The notes under the pieces are model-generated. The model saw only the letters and a program-made list of their open reading frames with translations. It made no database searches and was not told where the DNA came from. A stretch of 60,380 nucleotides of DNA, counting the filler, from Bonamia ostreae (Eukaryota), in the NCBI GenBank assembly GCA_040357525.1. It is 11 parts of 11 records of this genome, joined end to end, with 100 filler letters (N's around TTAATTAATTAA, not from the genome) between each part and the next. Parts side by side here need not be neighbours in the genome. Positions count along the whole stretch, not along the records: positions 1 to 5,455 come from JBDODL010000194.1; positions 5,556 to 10,990 come from JBDODL010000195.1; positions 11,091 to 16,520 come from JBDODL010000196.1; 8 more parts are not named here. One strand, given 5' to 3'. Below are positions 1-11,338 of this stretch, one piece after another. The translations under genes and the position numbers were made by a program. Position 1 is the first letter of the stretch, and each line of letters begins with the position of its first letter.

Positions 1-3000
1 TGATTTTATCATTTTTTTCCAAATTTTTTCTTCCTTTACAAATCAGTTGTACTACTTTTCCAACGATCAATGCCAGCGTCATCAAAAACAAAACCGACAA
101 TACAACCATCATTTTGTCTATTTTTAATATTTACAGAAGGGATATTAAATAAATGATCGCTACACTATTTTTTAAAGTGATTTTCTTCTGTTTACAAAAA
201 TATTACATCTGTCCAAAAATAAAAAAAAACTAAGACGGCAACCATTAAAATTATTCCAACCAACTTTGAGACATGTAATATTCTGAACACGAGAATTCCA
301 ATAAAACTTATTCGCTCTATAAAATCGATTACAACTGTACTGACAATTTTCACCAACTTTAATATTGTGGCATTTTTGGTCAAATTTTCCGTTTTTGATA
401 TTGAAAATTTCACAATCTTTCATTATAAAAAATTTAAAATTATTCAAATAAAAAAGTACAAAATTTAAAAAACATTTTTTTAAACAAGATGGTTCAAGAT
501 CAACTTTAACAACGCCGTTTTTACTTTTAACGCATTTGACATTTTTTATCTCGTCCAAATTTTTGCATTTGTATTCACATGTCATTCCAGGAAACAACAA
601 ATCATTCTGGCAAATTTTTTTTTCAAATTTCTGTATTTTTGTCATATTGATTAAATCACAAGCTTTTCTGCATTGTGTATTCATATCAAAGATACCTCTT
701 CCTCTAAAGTCGGGTACACATTTTGTTGTAATTCGTCTTTTAATCTCGAAATCGATATTTTTTGCACCATATCCATCTTTACAGTTAATTTGGATTTTAG
801 AGTCAATTTCGGCGAACAGTTTTTTGTCTTTGTTTTGTTCTAAAAAGTGCTCATTGATTAACCCATTTTTATATTTAATTTCGGTTGTATTTTTGTCGAT
901 CTGATTATATTTTTCTATAATTGAACACCCCTCGATGCATTTGACGAGAATAATCAAATTTTTTGGATGGCTACTTTGGCAGGTTATTTTGTAGTTGTTA
1001 CCGTTTATCCATTCCGAATCTTTTTGTCATTAAATTGTAACAACGATTTTAAGATACTGAAAAAGTAAGTTATTTAAGTGAAGTAAAAAATGTAAATTTT
1101 ACTTGAAAAAAATCCATTTTTGCATGAAAAAGTGCACGTCGTATTTTCTATCATCGTGTTTCCATTACAGTTATTAGTAGCGATGTTTTTTGGTTTTGAT
1201 ATCGTTATTTTACAGATTTTAATGCATTTTGCGTCATTGAAAAGGCACTTTAGTGAGCCTTTGTCTCTTGATTTAATAAAATCGAATGTTTTTTCTCCCA
1301 TTCTCTCAATTTTATCCAGATTTGGGACGTAACCGTCCTCGCAAGTATATTGGCAGACTTCTTCTTCTTGAAGTATTTTCTGGCAATCACTGAAATGTGA
1401 CGCAAAGGGTATATAAACGTCCCTTAAATCGCATACCCTGACGCATTTAGGAGTGATGTCAGGTTTCAATAGCGTATCACCGCTGTCTATGCAATTTACA
1501 ACTCCCTCTTTTTGTTGCAGATTATTATTAAGTACTGAAGATAATGGATATCTATTGTTTTCACATTCATAAGTGCATTTTTCGTCTATTTTGAGGATAT
1601 TAGAGCAAGTTTTTTTATTCAGGTTAGAAGGCTCCTCGAAGAGGTTTAATTGACAAACTTTTGTACACTTTGGTGTAACATAAACGTTTTTTTCGTCAAA
1701 CTCACAAGTAAAAGTTCCGTTTTTTACAAAGTCTGTCTCTGTTTTTTCGAACATGTGCCCTTCATTGCAAGTAAAAACACATACTTGTCCTTCCTTTAAA
1801 ATATTGTCGCATCCCTCTTCTATACCATTTTCACTCGATTTTCCTAAACTTCTCAGATCACAGATTTTTACACTGTTTTTGAATTGTTTTGTTGCCACCC
1901 ATTTGTTGTTATAAATACATTCGATTTTATCGTTTAACTGTATCGACACGATCGGTTCATCAGTAACAATTGTCCAACCTTCATCACATCTGTATTCACA
2001 ACTCTCCTGATCAGAAATAAGTGACTTGCAAGAATTCAAAATATTAGAAATGCTTGTGCACTTGGGCATTTCGGATTCGATTGTTAAATCACAGCCAGGC
2101 ATACAATTTGGTTCCATGTGCAAAATAGTATCTGTATTATGCAGAATGCACTTTGGTTTTCCAATAAACTTCCCTTCCGTTCGCTCTGAAAACAACGACA
2201 TGTCTTCATCGACAAAAAAGTCTATCGGGAAGTATCCTCGCTCGCACGAATATTCACAAAAATCGTTTAGTTGAATCAAACGATTGCAATTATTTGTTAC
2301 GACATTTTCAATAGAAATTTTCCTCAAGTCGCAAAATCTGACGCATAAGGGTTCAACAAAATGGGTTGTAACCAAATCTTCGACTTTTCTCTTTTCACAG
2401 ACTATTTGACCAACAGTTTCTCCTGATTGCATGGCGATTGAAGGAAGTGTATAAAAATTATTTTTACATACATAAATACATTCATTTTCTGTTACCGGCG
2501 ACAAATGCGTATTACAAAATAAAGAATCGATATTTCTAAGCTCGAGGCGATAATTTCTAAAGTCACAAACTGCCACACATTCCGGTTGCGAATTTATGCC
2601 GTTTGAGCACTCAAAGATTCCTTTTCTGGTAGGATCCTCTGTTTCCAGAGAAGATTTAGTTATATATCCTTCAACGCACTCGTATTCGCATGTCTCTCCT
2701 TCGACTAATATACTGTTGCACGTGTGTGTGTATTCGACTTTTTCTGTTGTAAGATCGCATGTTCTTTTGCATTCTGGATAAATAGTCTGTTCTACACCAT
2801 CGCATACAAATATTCCATTTCCAGGATCTATAAAAACGTAGTCAAAGCATTTTTCATTAAAATAAACAAAATTTTTATTTTTTATTAAACTTGGAACGAA
2901 TCCATCATCACATTCGAACTCACATTGATTCGATTCGATAAGAATTTTGTTATCACAAGAACTTTTTTTCGCATGGGATATTTTCAGATCGGAAAAATCA

Positions 3001-4043
3001 CAGAATTTGTGACAAGCAAGCGCGTTCGAAAGAAAATTTGTGTCGCAAACAATCTCATCATTGACTTTCAAATTGCCAGAAATAAATTGTGGTGTACATC
3101 TGAACGAGCACCGACTATTCTTCGTCAAAATCTTTCTGCAGTTTGTGTTCTCAACCCTTTCCGATTCTAAATATATATCCTCAATGATACAAAAGTTGTC
3201 GTGACAACTGGGAATATGGTCAAAAAGCCCCGAATCAGTACATCTAACAACACCTTTATTTGAAAGATCATTGTTTATGGCGGAATATATCGAAATACTG
3301 TTTTTATTTGTGCATAAATAGTCGCAACTATGACCGACTGACAAGAAACTGCCACACTTGTAAAGGATCGAGTTATTTTCAATTCTTTTTGTTATACAAA
3401 CTTTCCTACACAATGGAACAATATCCAGATGTATCGAGGATCCGGTTTCTATACATTCTGATTTGCCGGTTACACTTAACGTGTTGTGTTCTATAGAAGA
3501 CAAAGAGTAGTGCCCACTGCTGCAGGTGTACGTGCAGCTTCTTCCGAGATACAAAAATTCATCGCAGCTGTTTTCAGACATATTGGAGAGAGGGCTGCTT
3601 TCGGGCAAATCGCAATGTTTGGGGATGCACTCTGGAATCGGATTTAAAATGTTGTTCCGACACGTGGACTGACCTTTGCGGCTATCTTCATCGAATTGTT
3701 TACCGCTTGCTTCGCTTTCTTTGTTCTTGCTAATGTATCCCCTCTCGCACAGGTACTCACAACTTTCACCATCTTCTAAAAACAGTTTGTTTTGGCAAGC
3801 TTCGCCACCAGAATCCACAAAATTTTCATTTTTTTCCATATCTACTGCGCAAACAGTGCACTGATCCCCCCGAAGTTCGTAAACACCCGATTCGGAAAAG
3901 ACGCATGTTTCCGTGATGAGGCTATCTCCACAAGGATAAGAACATGTTGTTCCGACTGACGCTCCATTGCACTCAAATTGCTCACAGTCGCCGAGACAGT
4001 TTATATAGACCAGAAACGGAAACGTGAATAGAAGATGAAGCAT
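1..4043 (-). CDS. Large Cys-rich repeat (Sushi/CCP-like) type I membrane/surface protein, 3' end off window
   Basis: Hydrophobic N-terminus MLHLLFTFPFLVYINCLG. Many ~60-75 aa modules of the form C-x-L...C...L..GE.C.Y.C..GY...G...C...P.C. Inferred introns at ~1020-1102, a 57-nt in-frame one and ~118-230 lead into a TM segment MMVVLSVLFLMTLALIVG followed by a basic tail. Confidence 0.75.
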
Positions 4044-4170
4044 TTAGGGAATTTTAAATTTGTAATTGTTCGGTTATTTTAAGTTGCCGATTACACGATT
4101 ACTTATAGTGCGCTACAAGATAAAACTGGATTAAAGTGAACGGGGCAATTAATAAAATTTAATAAGGAAT

Positions 4171-5314
4171 CTATCCGTCTACTCTGAAGTAATCGCTCTT
4201 CGCGCCCCAAACGACTGGTGCGGAGATGCTGTCCTTTATATTGCTTTGAAGAAACAAGACAATATTCGAACAATTTTCTGATCGCGGTGTTCTTGTACCT
4301 CGACAACCCGGGAGCCTTTCATTTTTAGGTTTAAACTGCGGATTCGGTCAGAGACTTCATTTCTTCTTCGATTCTTTGCTTGGTATCGGCGAGCATTTCC
4401 GAGAGCACTTTTCCGGCTTCCTTCGCCGAAATGCCGAATTGCCGCTCCAAGACGACGATTACATTCCAGCCATCGCCTTCGGCGGCGCACTTCGAGTACC
4501 CGATCCCGTCCAAAGAAAGCGCGATGTGCAATTTGGTGTGCTCGATGAGAGCGTACGTCAGCTTGTTGTAGCCGACAAACTTTTCCGCGAACGCCTCGAA
4601 ATAGTGCATCTTCTGCCAGATGTTGGGCGAAAACCAAAGCTGCTCCTTCATCCTGCTCAGCAAAAACGACCTCAGGTCGATATTCGATTTGCACGCCTCT
4701 TTGCGGCGCAGCACGCAGACGAACTCGTGCAAATCCGCTTTGAGTTTTGCGAGGAATTTTCTCTTTTCCCTCTTATTGCCCAACAGCTGGCTCAGCCGCG
4801 TGAAAGTGAATCTTTTGGAAAAATTAAGTAATTGCAATAATGTCTTGTTGCTCACGCGCCATTTGAGGGTTAAAAGCCTTAAATATTCGACGAGGTAATT
4901 TAAATCTTCGTCCTCCGAAGCAGCGGCGAGACTGCGGCCCATCCCGAGAGCGGCGATGGCTCTGGTTATCCTGCCGACATTGCGCGGCTGTGCGGCGACG
5001 GCGGCGCGGATCAAGAAAACGGCGAGCGCGAAGAGGTTGTGGAACTTTATTTCGCCGATCGGCGAATTTTGGCGTCTGTGGACGCACGCCACCAAAAGCG
5101 AACAATCGAGTCGCTTCAGGAAATCGCGAGTCTTCTTGGCCCAGCCCGTGTTCTGCTTGAAAATGGGCTCGTTGTAAACGGACACGACGGCATTGATCGT
5201 TTCTTTGTTCCATTCGTCGGAACAAAGCTCTTCCGGCGGCATCACCGGACGAGATTCGATGGGGAGAGCGAAGTTTGCGGCTCTTGTGAGCCTCGAGTTA
5301 TCGACGTCTGACAA
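4171..5314 (-). CDS. Hypothetical protein, probably 5'-partial
   Basis: 327-codon GC3-rich ORF with no ATG at its start. It continues through the 21-nt intron GTTTAAACCTAAAAATGAAAG and probably a 22-nt intron to TAG at 4171 (alternative stop at 4103). No family recognised. Confidence 0.65.
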
Positions 5315-5336
5315 TTGTTAATGGCGTCAATAACGC

Positions 5337-5455
5337 GTTTTTTTAATAAAATGGCAAATTTTGTTTTTGCAATTGTTTTTTATAAAATGGCAAAATTTGT
5401 TTTTACGATTGTTTTTTAATAAAATGGCAAATTTTGTTTCTGCAATTGTTTTTTA
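5337..5455. repeat. ~36-bp tandem minisatellite (x3) at contig end
   Basis: Unit ttttaataaaatggcaaattttgtttttgcaattg repeated with variants. Confidence 0.8.
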
Positions 5456-5555
5456 NNNNNNNNNNNNNNNNNNNNNNNNNNNNNNNNNNNNNNNNNNNNT
5501 TAATTAATTAANNNNNNNNNNNNNNNNNNNNNNNNNNNNNNNNNNNNNNNNNNNN
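5456..5555. other. Artificial contig linker (N44-TTAATTAATTAA-N44); also at 10991-11090, 16521-16620, 22048-22147, 27556-27655, 33060-33159, 38553-38652, 44046-44145, 49518-49617, 54953-55052
   Basis: Identical 100-nt spacer carrying stops in all six frames. The flanked segments run in descending length from 5455 to 5328 bp. Confidence 0.97.
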
Positions 5556-5629
5556 TGTTAACAGATCGACTATAAAATTTTAGAACACAAAATTTTTGCA
5601 TCTCCAACAAAACACAAAATTGTCGTTTA

Positions 5630-6842
5630 CTACTTCGCCGAGGGCAACCCTTTCACAATCTGGATAACGTCTTCATCGAGCAACCTGTGGTTCTTCCCCA
5701 CCGTCTGCGGGTAATATTTGGCCGAAGTTCCCCAAACAAGCGCACTGTCAAATTTGAACTGGAACCTTTTAAAATCGCTCATGAGATCTTTGTGGATCGT
5801 CAAACAAAAATCTTTGACTGTGCGATATTTGCTGCGCAGGATCACCGGTTCCTCGAAATCCGGGAGAGACCCTTTAGGCTTCGCGTATCTACAAGTCAAA
5901 ACGAAACATTCTGATAAAATCGAGATATTCCCAAATCTTCTCTCTCAAAAAGTCGAAATTCCATTCTTTTTCGGCTGAAATCGGAACGACGTGGCCTATT
6001 TTGGAGATAATCGCCAATTCTTCCAACGCGATGGAGTCGACTTTGTTAAGAACGTAGAGAGCTGGCACGTAAACTCTTTGGTCGTTATCGGTGATGATCA
6101 GAGGTGATTAAAATACCTGTTTCCTTCGATGGCGTCGATCAAATCGTCGACGGAGGCATCGCACCGCAAAGCGACTTCGGCCGAAACCACTTTGAATTCT
6201 TTGCAGATTTCGGCGATTTGTCTGTCGGTCAAACTGCTCTGTGGCACCGTCTTCGTCACAGACAACCCCCCTCTTTCTCTCTTCGTCACCTTTATGTCCG
6301 GGGGAGACTTGTTTAGCCGAATCCCGAAGCCTTCCAACTCGTTTTCGATCAGTTTCTTCATCTGCATCGGTTTCTCCGCGTCCAAGATTAACAGCAGCAG
6401 ATCGCACGTGCGGGCCACTCCGATGACCTGCTTCCCTCTCCCCTTCCCGTCTTTGGCCCCTTCGATGATTCCCGGGAGGTCGAGCAGCTTCGGTTAACGA
6501 GGAAACCTGGATCTTGCAGCCCTTGTAGACCATCGAGCCGGGCACGCACGTCAAGGTGGTGAACTCGTAGTCGGCTGCTTTGGAGACGGTGTTGGTCAGT
6601 TTCGTCAGCAATGTCGACTTTCCGACCGACGGGAATCCGACGAAGCCGACGCGCGCGTTGCCCGACTTGGACACGTCGAATCCTTCGCCCGACTTTCCAG
6701 CTGAAGACGAGTTGAGCAGGAGCTCTCGTTTGAGTTTAGCGAGTCGGGCTTTCAAAAGCCCGATATGGCCCATGGTCGCTTTGTTCTTTTGGGTGCGATC
6801 CATTTCGGCTTTTATGTCGGCGATTTTTTGTTCGGTGGTCAT
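5630..6842 (-). CDS. DRG1: Developmentally regulated GTP-binding protein (DRG family)
   Basis: [34 protein letters not shown] and a C-terminal TGS domain. Introns at 6488-6506 (19 nt), 6076-6116 (41), 5889-5907 (19) and 5745-5765 (21). Confidence 0.93.
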
Positions 6843-6858
6843 TGTTGGCTAAATATAA

Positions 6859-9800
6859 ATGGGCGCGGATAAGGAAAGTTCCTCGCAAGCGGACAGGTTT
6901 TCTCAGACGATAAGCCAAAACATGGACGAGTTCGAAGACATTTTCTCGAGTGTCCCCGAAACCGCCGAATTCAGCCAAACCGATCCCAAAATCGGCGAAG
7001 CTGCGGAACACAAAAACAAGAAGCGGAAAAACAACAACAAAACTGCTCCTTTCGCAGACCAAACGACTCATTTTAACAACAAGGCCATTGACAAACAGCT
7101 TCGGATTTTAAAAATCCGCTATTATACTATCACGGACGTAAGAATAAGCTCTCAAAATATGGCTGAACAGTTGGAAATAACGGTCAAGGATAGAAACTCG
7201 GAGAGTTCAGCCACAGAAAAGCTGTTTTTGAGGGAAAATTGGGTTTCGACAAAATTCACAAAACAGGTCGACGCCATTTTCGCGAAGGGGGACAAGTTAA
7301 ATCTGGTGTCCATTGGCGACGGACCGACTCAGAATTACAACTGCGTCGACAACTCCAGCCCAAGCTTCGCCGTTCTGCACCCGGATCTGCTCATAAACAG
7401 CACCAGCATCTCGACGAGTTTTGACTGCGTCAGAAAAACGATCGTCTCCGAAACGTACAAGAACTACGGAATGACAAACAAAAACGCGTTGTTGGGATGC
7501 TTGGCGCACGAACTCTTCCAACAATGTCTCGAAAATAAGGTTTTCACCAAAAGCTTTGTTCTGCGGTCGCTTGAAGCAGTGATAACTCGGAACAGAATCG
7601 ACTTGTTTGATTTTGCAAAACTGAAAGATTTAGCCAAAATATAAATCGGGAGGAGGCCAACGCGTTTTTGCGGAAATACGTTGACCGGATTGCAAAATGG
7701 GGGCCTTTCTATTTTAGAGAGTCCCCGATTAAAAACAATTTGTGCATTGGGGATGTTTATGACATCGAAGAGCTGATACTCTCTCCGAATTTCGGTGTCA
7801 AAGGTGTTGCGATTTTTACTTTATTTCCCAATCGATTTTTACTTTATGCTTCCGACGGAAGTCAAAAAGTCGGAGCGCAATGTCGCCACCGAATATAATT
7901 TTTCCCAACGTGCGCTTCGGTTTGCGCCAGATAGCGCAGATATTCAAAGGCGCATGCGCAAGCTGGCAACGTCAAATAAAAAGCTCAATTTTTTTGAGAT
8001 TAACCTCAATTTTTTGGGATTTTTGAATGGCGAGATTAACCTCAGTTTTGAGCTCCAGTCATTAGCTGTGACATTTTGAGCTCCGGACATTAAATTTTTT
8101 TAGGTTAAGTTAATATTTTGTTTTTTGCGGTTGAAATTTTCAACGATTTGAAGCAAAACTGGACGCGTCCGTACAAATACACCACAACACGCGAAACCGC
8201 GGAAACTGCGTTGAAAAAACGAAACTGCTCGGACCGCTGGAAATTAAATCTGGTAGCGACTTTAGCAAGACATCCCATCGAGCACAAGTTCTCATTTACG
8301 GCCTCATTTTTTCTGACAAATATCAGGAGAGCCTGATTTCGTCTTCGCTTTTATACTATTTGTCGTCTGGAAATTTGGAGAAAATCAGTCCCAATATTCC
8401 GGAGCTAAATGCAATTTTTTGCAGNNNNNNNNNNNNNNNNNNNNNNNNNNNNNNNNNNNNNNNNNNNNNNNNNNNNNNNNNNNNNNNNNNNNNNNNNNNN
8501 NNNNNNNNNNNNNNNNNNNNNNNNAAAGATGAATTTTTTGCCTAAGATGATTAACAGAAAAAGTATTTGTGAACGCTGTTACGAAAACGATCGGTGTTTT
8601 ATCGCCAAAAAGGCTTTTGAAGACGAAGACGATTTTCTTCCGGAGCTTTTTAAAGAAAAAACAGCTTTGATTAACCAAAGTCTTTTTTACTAAATTTGGC
8701 TAAGAATCTTAAGCTTCGAATTTTTTTTATGTCGTTGGCGAAAATTTAATTTTATAGAATCGAAGGATTATATAAACAAATGGACAAAATTATTGCGATA
8801 CGAAAGCGCTGTCAACATTGCCAAAAACCGCAATTTAGCCAAGATTAATTTAGTTTTCTCAAAACTGGCCAAAACGCAATCCAATTCGAAAACAATTTTG
8901 AGATTTTCGACTATTAAAGATCAGCTAAAAAATTTTGATGAAACAACGATACAAAAAATATCGAAAGGCGACAAAGTGGTGATCAACATCCAAAATGGTC
9001 CGGTCTGTGTTGGGACCGGAACAGTTATAAAAAGAAGAGACGATTACGTTGAAGTGATGTCCGAGAACCGCATTAATGAAAAAATTCTAAACCGCTTCCA
9101 ACACAAAAATTTTGAGATTTGCCTGTCCGAAAACCGGGGCGCGTTTTCGTATTTACAAAATGTTCTTTTGTCCATTTTCGTCAACGATTCGTTTCACGAA
9201 CGCAAAAGGAAATTGATTGACAGAGTTTAAATTCGGGATTTTTAGATAATAAATCTCGAAATTCCAAAATTCCGCAAAATGGGAAAACAGAAAGTGGAAA
9301 GTTTGCTGAAAAAGTTGGATCTGTTTGGCGATTTCGCCAAATTAAACTTTAGCCAACAAAACGCAGTAACCAAATCTTTAGAAGTCGAGGATTATTGCCT
9401 CATTTTCGGAATGCCGGGCACCGGTTCTACTTTAGCGCTTTTTTCTAAATTTTAAAAATTTAGGGGCGACGGCTCAGTGGTTCGGTCCAAGTGCGCGCAT
9501 TCGTGCGTGCATGGGTTCGAATCTCGATGTTGTCGTTTCCAAACTGATCTCATTCAACTGACAATAACTAATATTCCCAACGACTATTTGCCTTAAAACT
9601 ATTTGAAAAAAATTAGGAAAATCGACGACAATAACTTTCTTATTGCAACTTTTAAACAAGTTGAAAAAGAAAGTGCTTGTAGCGACTTACACTCACAGCG
9701 CGTTGACCCATTTGCTGTTAAAACTCGCGGCCAAAAAAGTGCCGTTCGTTTACGCGGGCAAAATGACGCCGCAATGCGATTCTGTTGTAGCGGAAAATCA

Positions 9801-10937
9801 CATTAGAGCCATTTCTGATCGCTGCGATAAAGATCAGACTTTTTATCGCCGAATCGAAAACAATTTTGTTCGGACATTTAATTTTAAGCTTTGCAAATTT
9901 TTTGTATGCAAATTTGCTTTATTTAACAGATATTCGCAGCAACAAGTCTTTCTACGGGATCAAGTTTTCTCCAAAGTCAAAATTTCGATTATTGCATTAT
10001 CGACGAAGCCAGTCAAATGTCAGAAATCGCTTGTTTGGGCGGTCTGCGCTTAGCCGACAAATTCATTTTGGTTGGAGACCATTTCCAACTCTCGCCGTTG
10101 GTCAGAAGCGATGCTGCGAAACGCGCTGGGATGGAAATCAGTCTGTTCGAAAGACTTTTCGCCGAGCACAAAACAGTTTCGAATTTAAAGTTTAGTCGAC
10201 GATCGCTCTGACAAGTCAATACCGCATGAACTCCGACATTCTAAAATTGCCAAATAATCTTTTTTACCAAAATAAACTTTTCTGTGGAAGCGAAAAGGTC
10301 AAAACTGCCGTTCTATCAGTTGTTGCTTCTGAGACCAAAACAGCTTTGTTGCCGAAATGGCTAAAATCTGTTTTAAGCCCAAAAAATTCACTAATTTTTC
10401 TCAATACTGACAAAGTTTCGATTCTTAAAATCATTAAAGATGGAGGCGATAGAACGCAGAGAGAAGAACAGCGACAGGGAGATTATAATCAACAAAGGAG
10501 AACTTGTTGTGATCGAGAAGATTTTAGATCTTTTCGAAAGTGCTGGGCTCGCCAAAAGTCAAATTTCCGTTTTGTCGACTTACAAATCGCAGACGACTGT
10601 TTTCATTCTCACTCGATTTTGATATTTTTTATCAAGTGAAAATATTGGAACTAAAAAGTTTCTGCAAACCAAATTGTCAAAATACGGCGTAGAAATAAAA
10701 ACGATCGACAAATTCCAAGGCAGCGAGAACGACTGCGTTCTAGTTTCGCTAGTTCGCTCCAACGAAAAACAAAAATTGGGGAAATTGATTAAAAACAAAA
10801 AAAGACTCAACGTCGCAATTACAAGAGCAAAGAAAAAACTTATTCTAATTGGCTCTCTCAAAACTTTAAGAAGTGACCGCTTTTTGGAGAAAATGCTTCT
10901 TTTGTTACAAAAAGACAACAAGATTATCAATATTTAA
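6859..10937 (+). CDS. DNA2: DNA2 nuclease/helicase
   Basis: VLHPDLLINSTSIS..FDC, G.LAHELFQ, PLEIKSG, HRAQVLIY, GMPGTG^KST, DEASQ, LVGDHFQL, SLFERL, QYRMN, TIDKFQG, RLNVAITRAK. About 11 introns and one internal N gap. Confidence 0.95.
7869..8088. mobile_element. Possible MITE-like insert in a DNA2 intron
   Basis: Imperfect inverted ends gtcggagcgcaatgtcgc (7869-7886) and gtgacattttgagctccggac (8068-8088), inside an unusually long ~350-nt intron. Confidence 0.35.
9463..9547 (+). mobile_element. tRNA-derived SINE-like / Pol III element (most complete copy)
   Basis: A-box GGCTCAGTGG, B-box GGGTTCGAATC, hairpin GCGCGCA-TTCG-TGCGTGC. Homologous copies occur on other contigs. Confidence 0.75.
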
Positions 10938-11338
10938 ATTTTTTGCTTCTCAATTATACTTACAATAAATCTTATCTAGAAATGGCTAAANNNNNNNNNN
11001 NNNNNNNNNNNNNNNNNNNNNNNNNNNNNNNNNNTTAATTAATTAANNNNNNNNNNNNNNNNNNNNNNNNNNNNNNNNNNNNNNNNNNNNCCAAAAGAAG
11101 CAATATTTTGTACTATAAAAATTGTACTATTTTAATATTATTTCGCCCAACAGTGCGAGCCCTTACCACGTCATTTTACTTTTTAATTTGTAATGTTTTA
11201 CTCATTTGTAAATATTTTTAATTGTTGTCATTTCTCGACTGTTCGTCTCGAAAATGCTTTTTTTCTCGATTATTATATCTTAAACTGCAAAGACTAATAA
11301 AAGTTTAGACATTTTTGTTTTATCTTCAAGCGATAAAA

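Noticed and set aside
4236-7071. Numerous overlapping antisense or alternate-frame ORFs in GC-richer genes
   Set aside because: Shadow ORFs of real CDSs, with no independent motifs.
9463-9547. Functional intronic tRNA gene
   Set aside because: No 7-nt anticodon loop, poor acceptor and D stems, and diverged dispersed copies. Treated as SINE-like instead.
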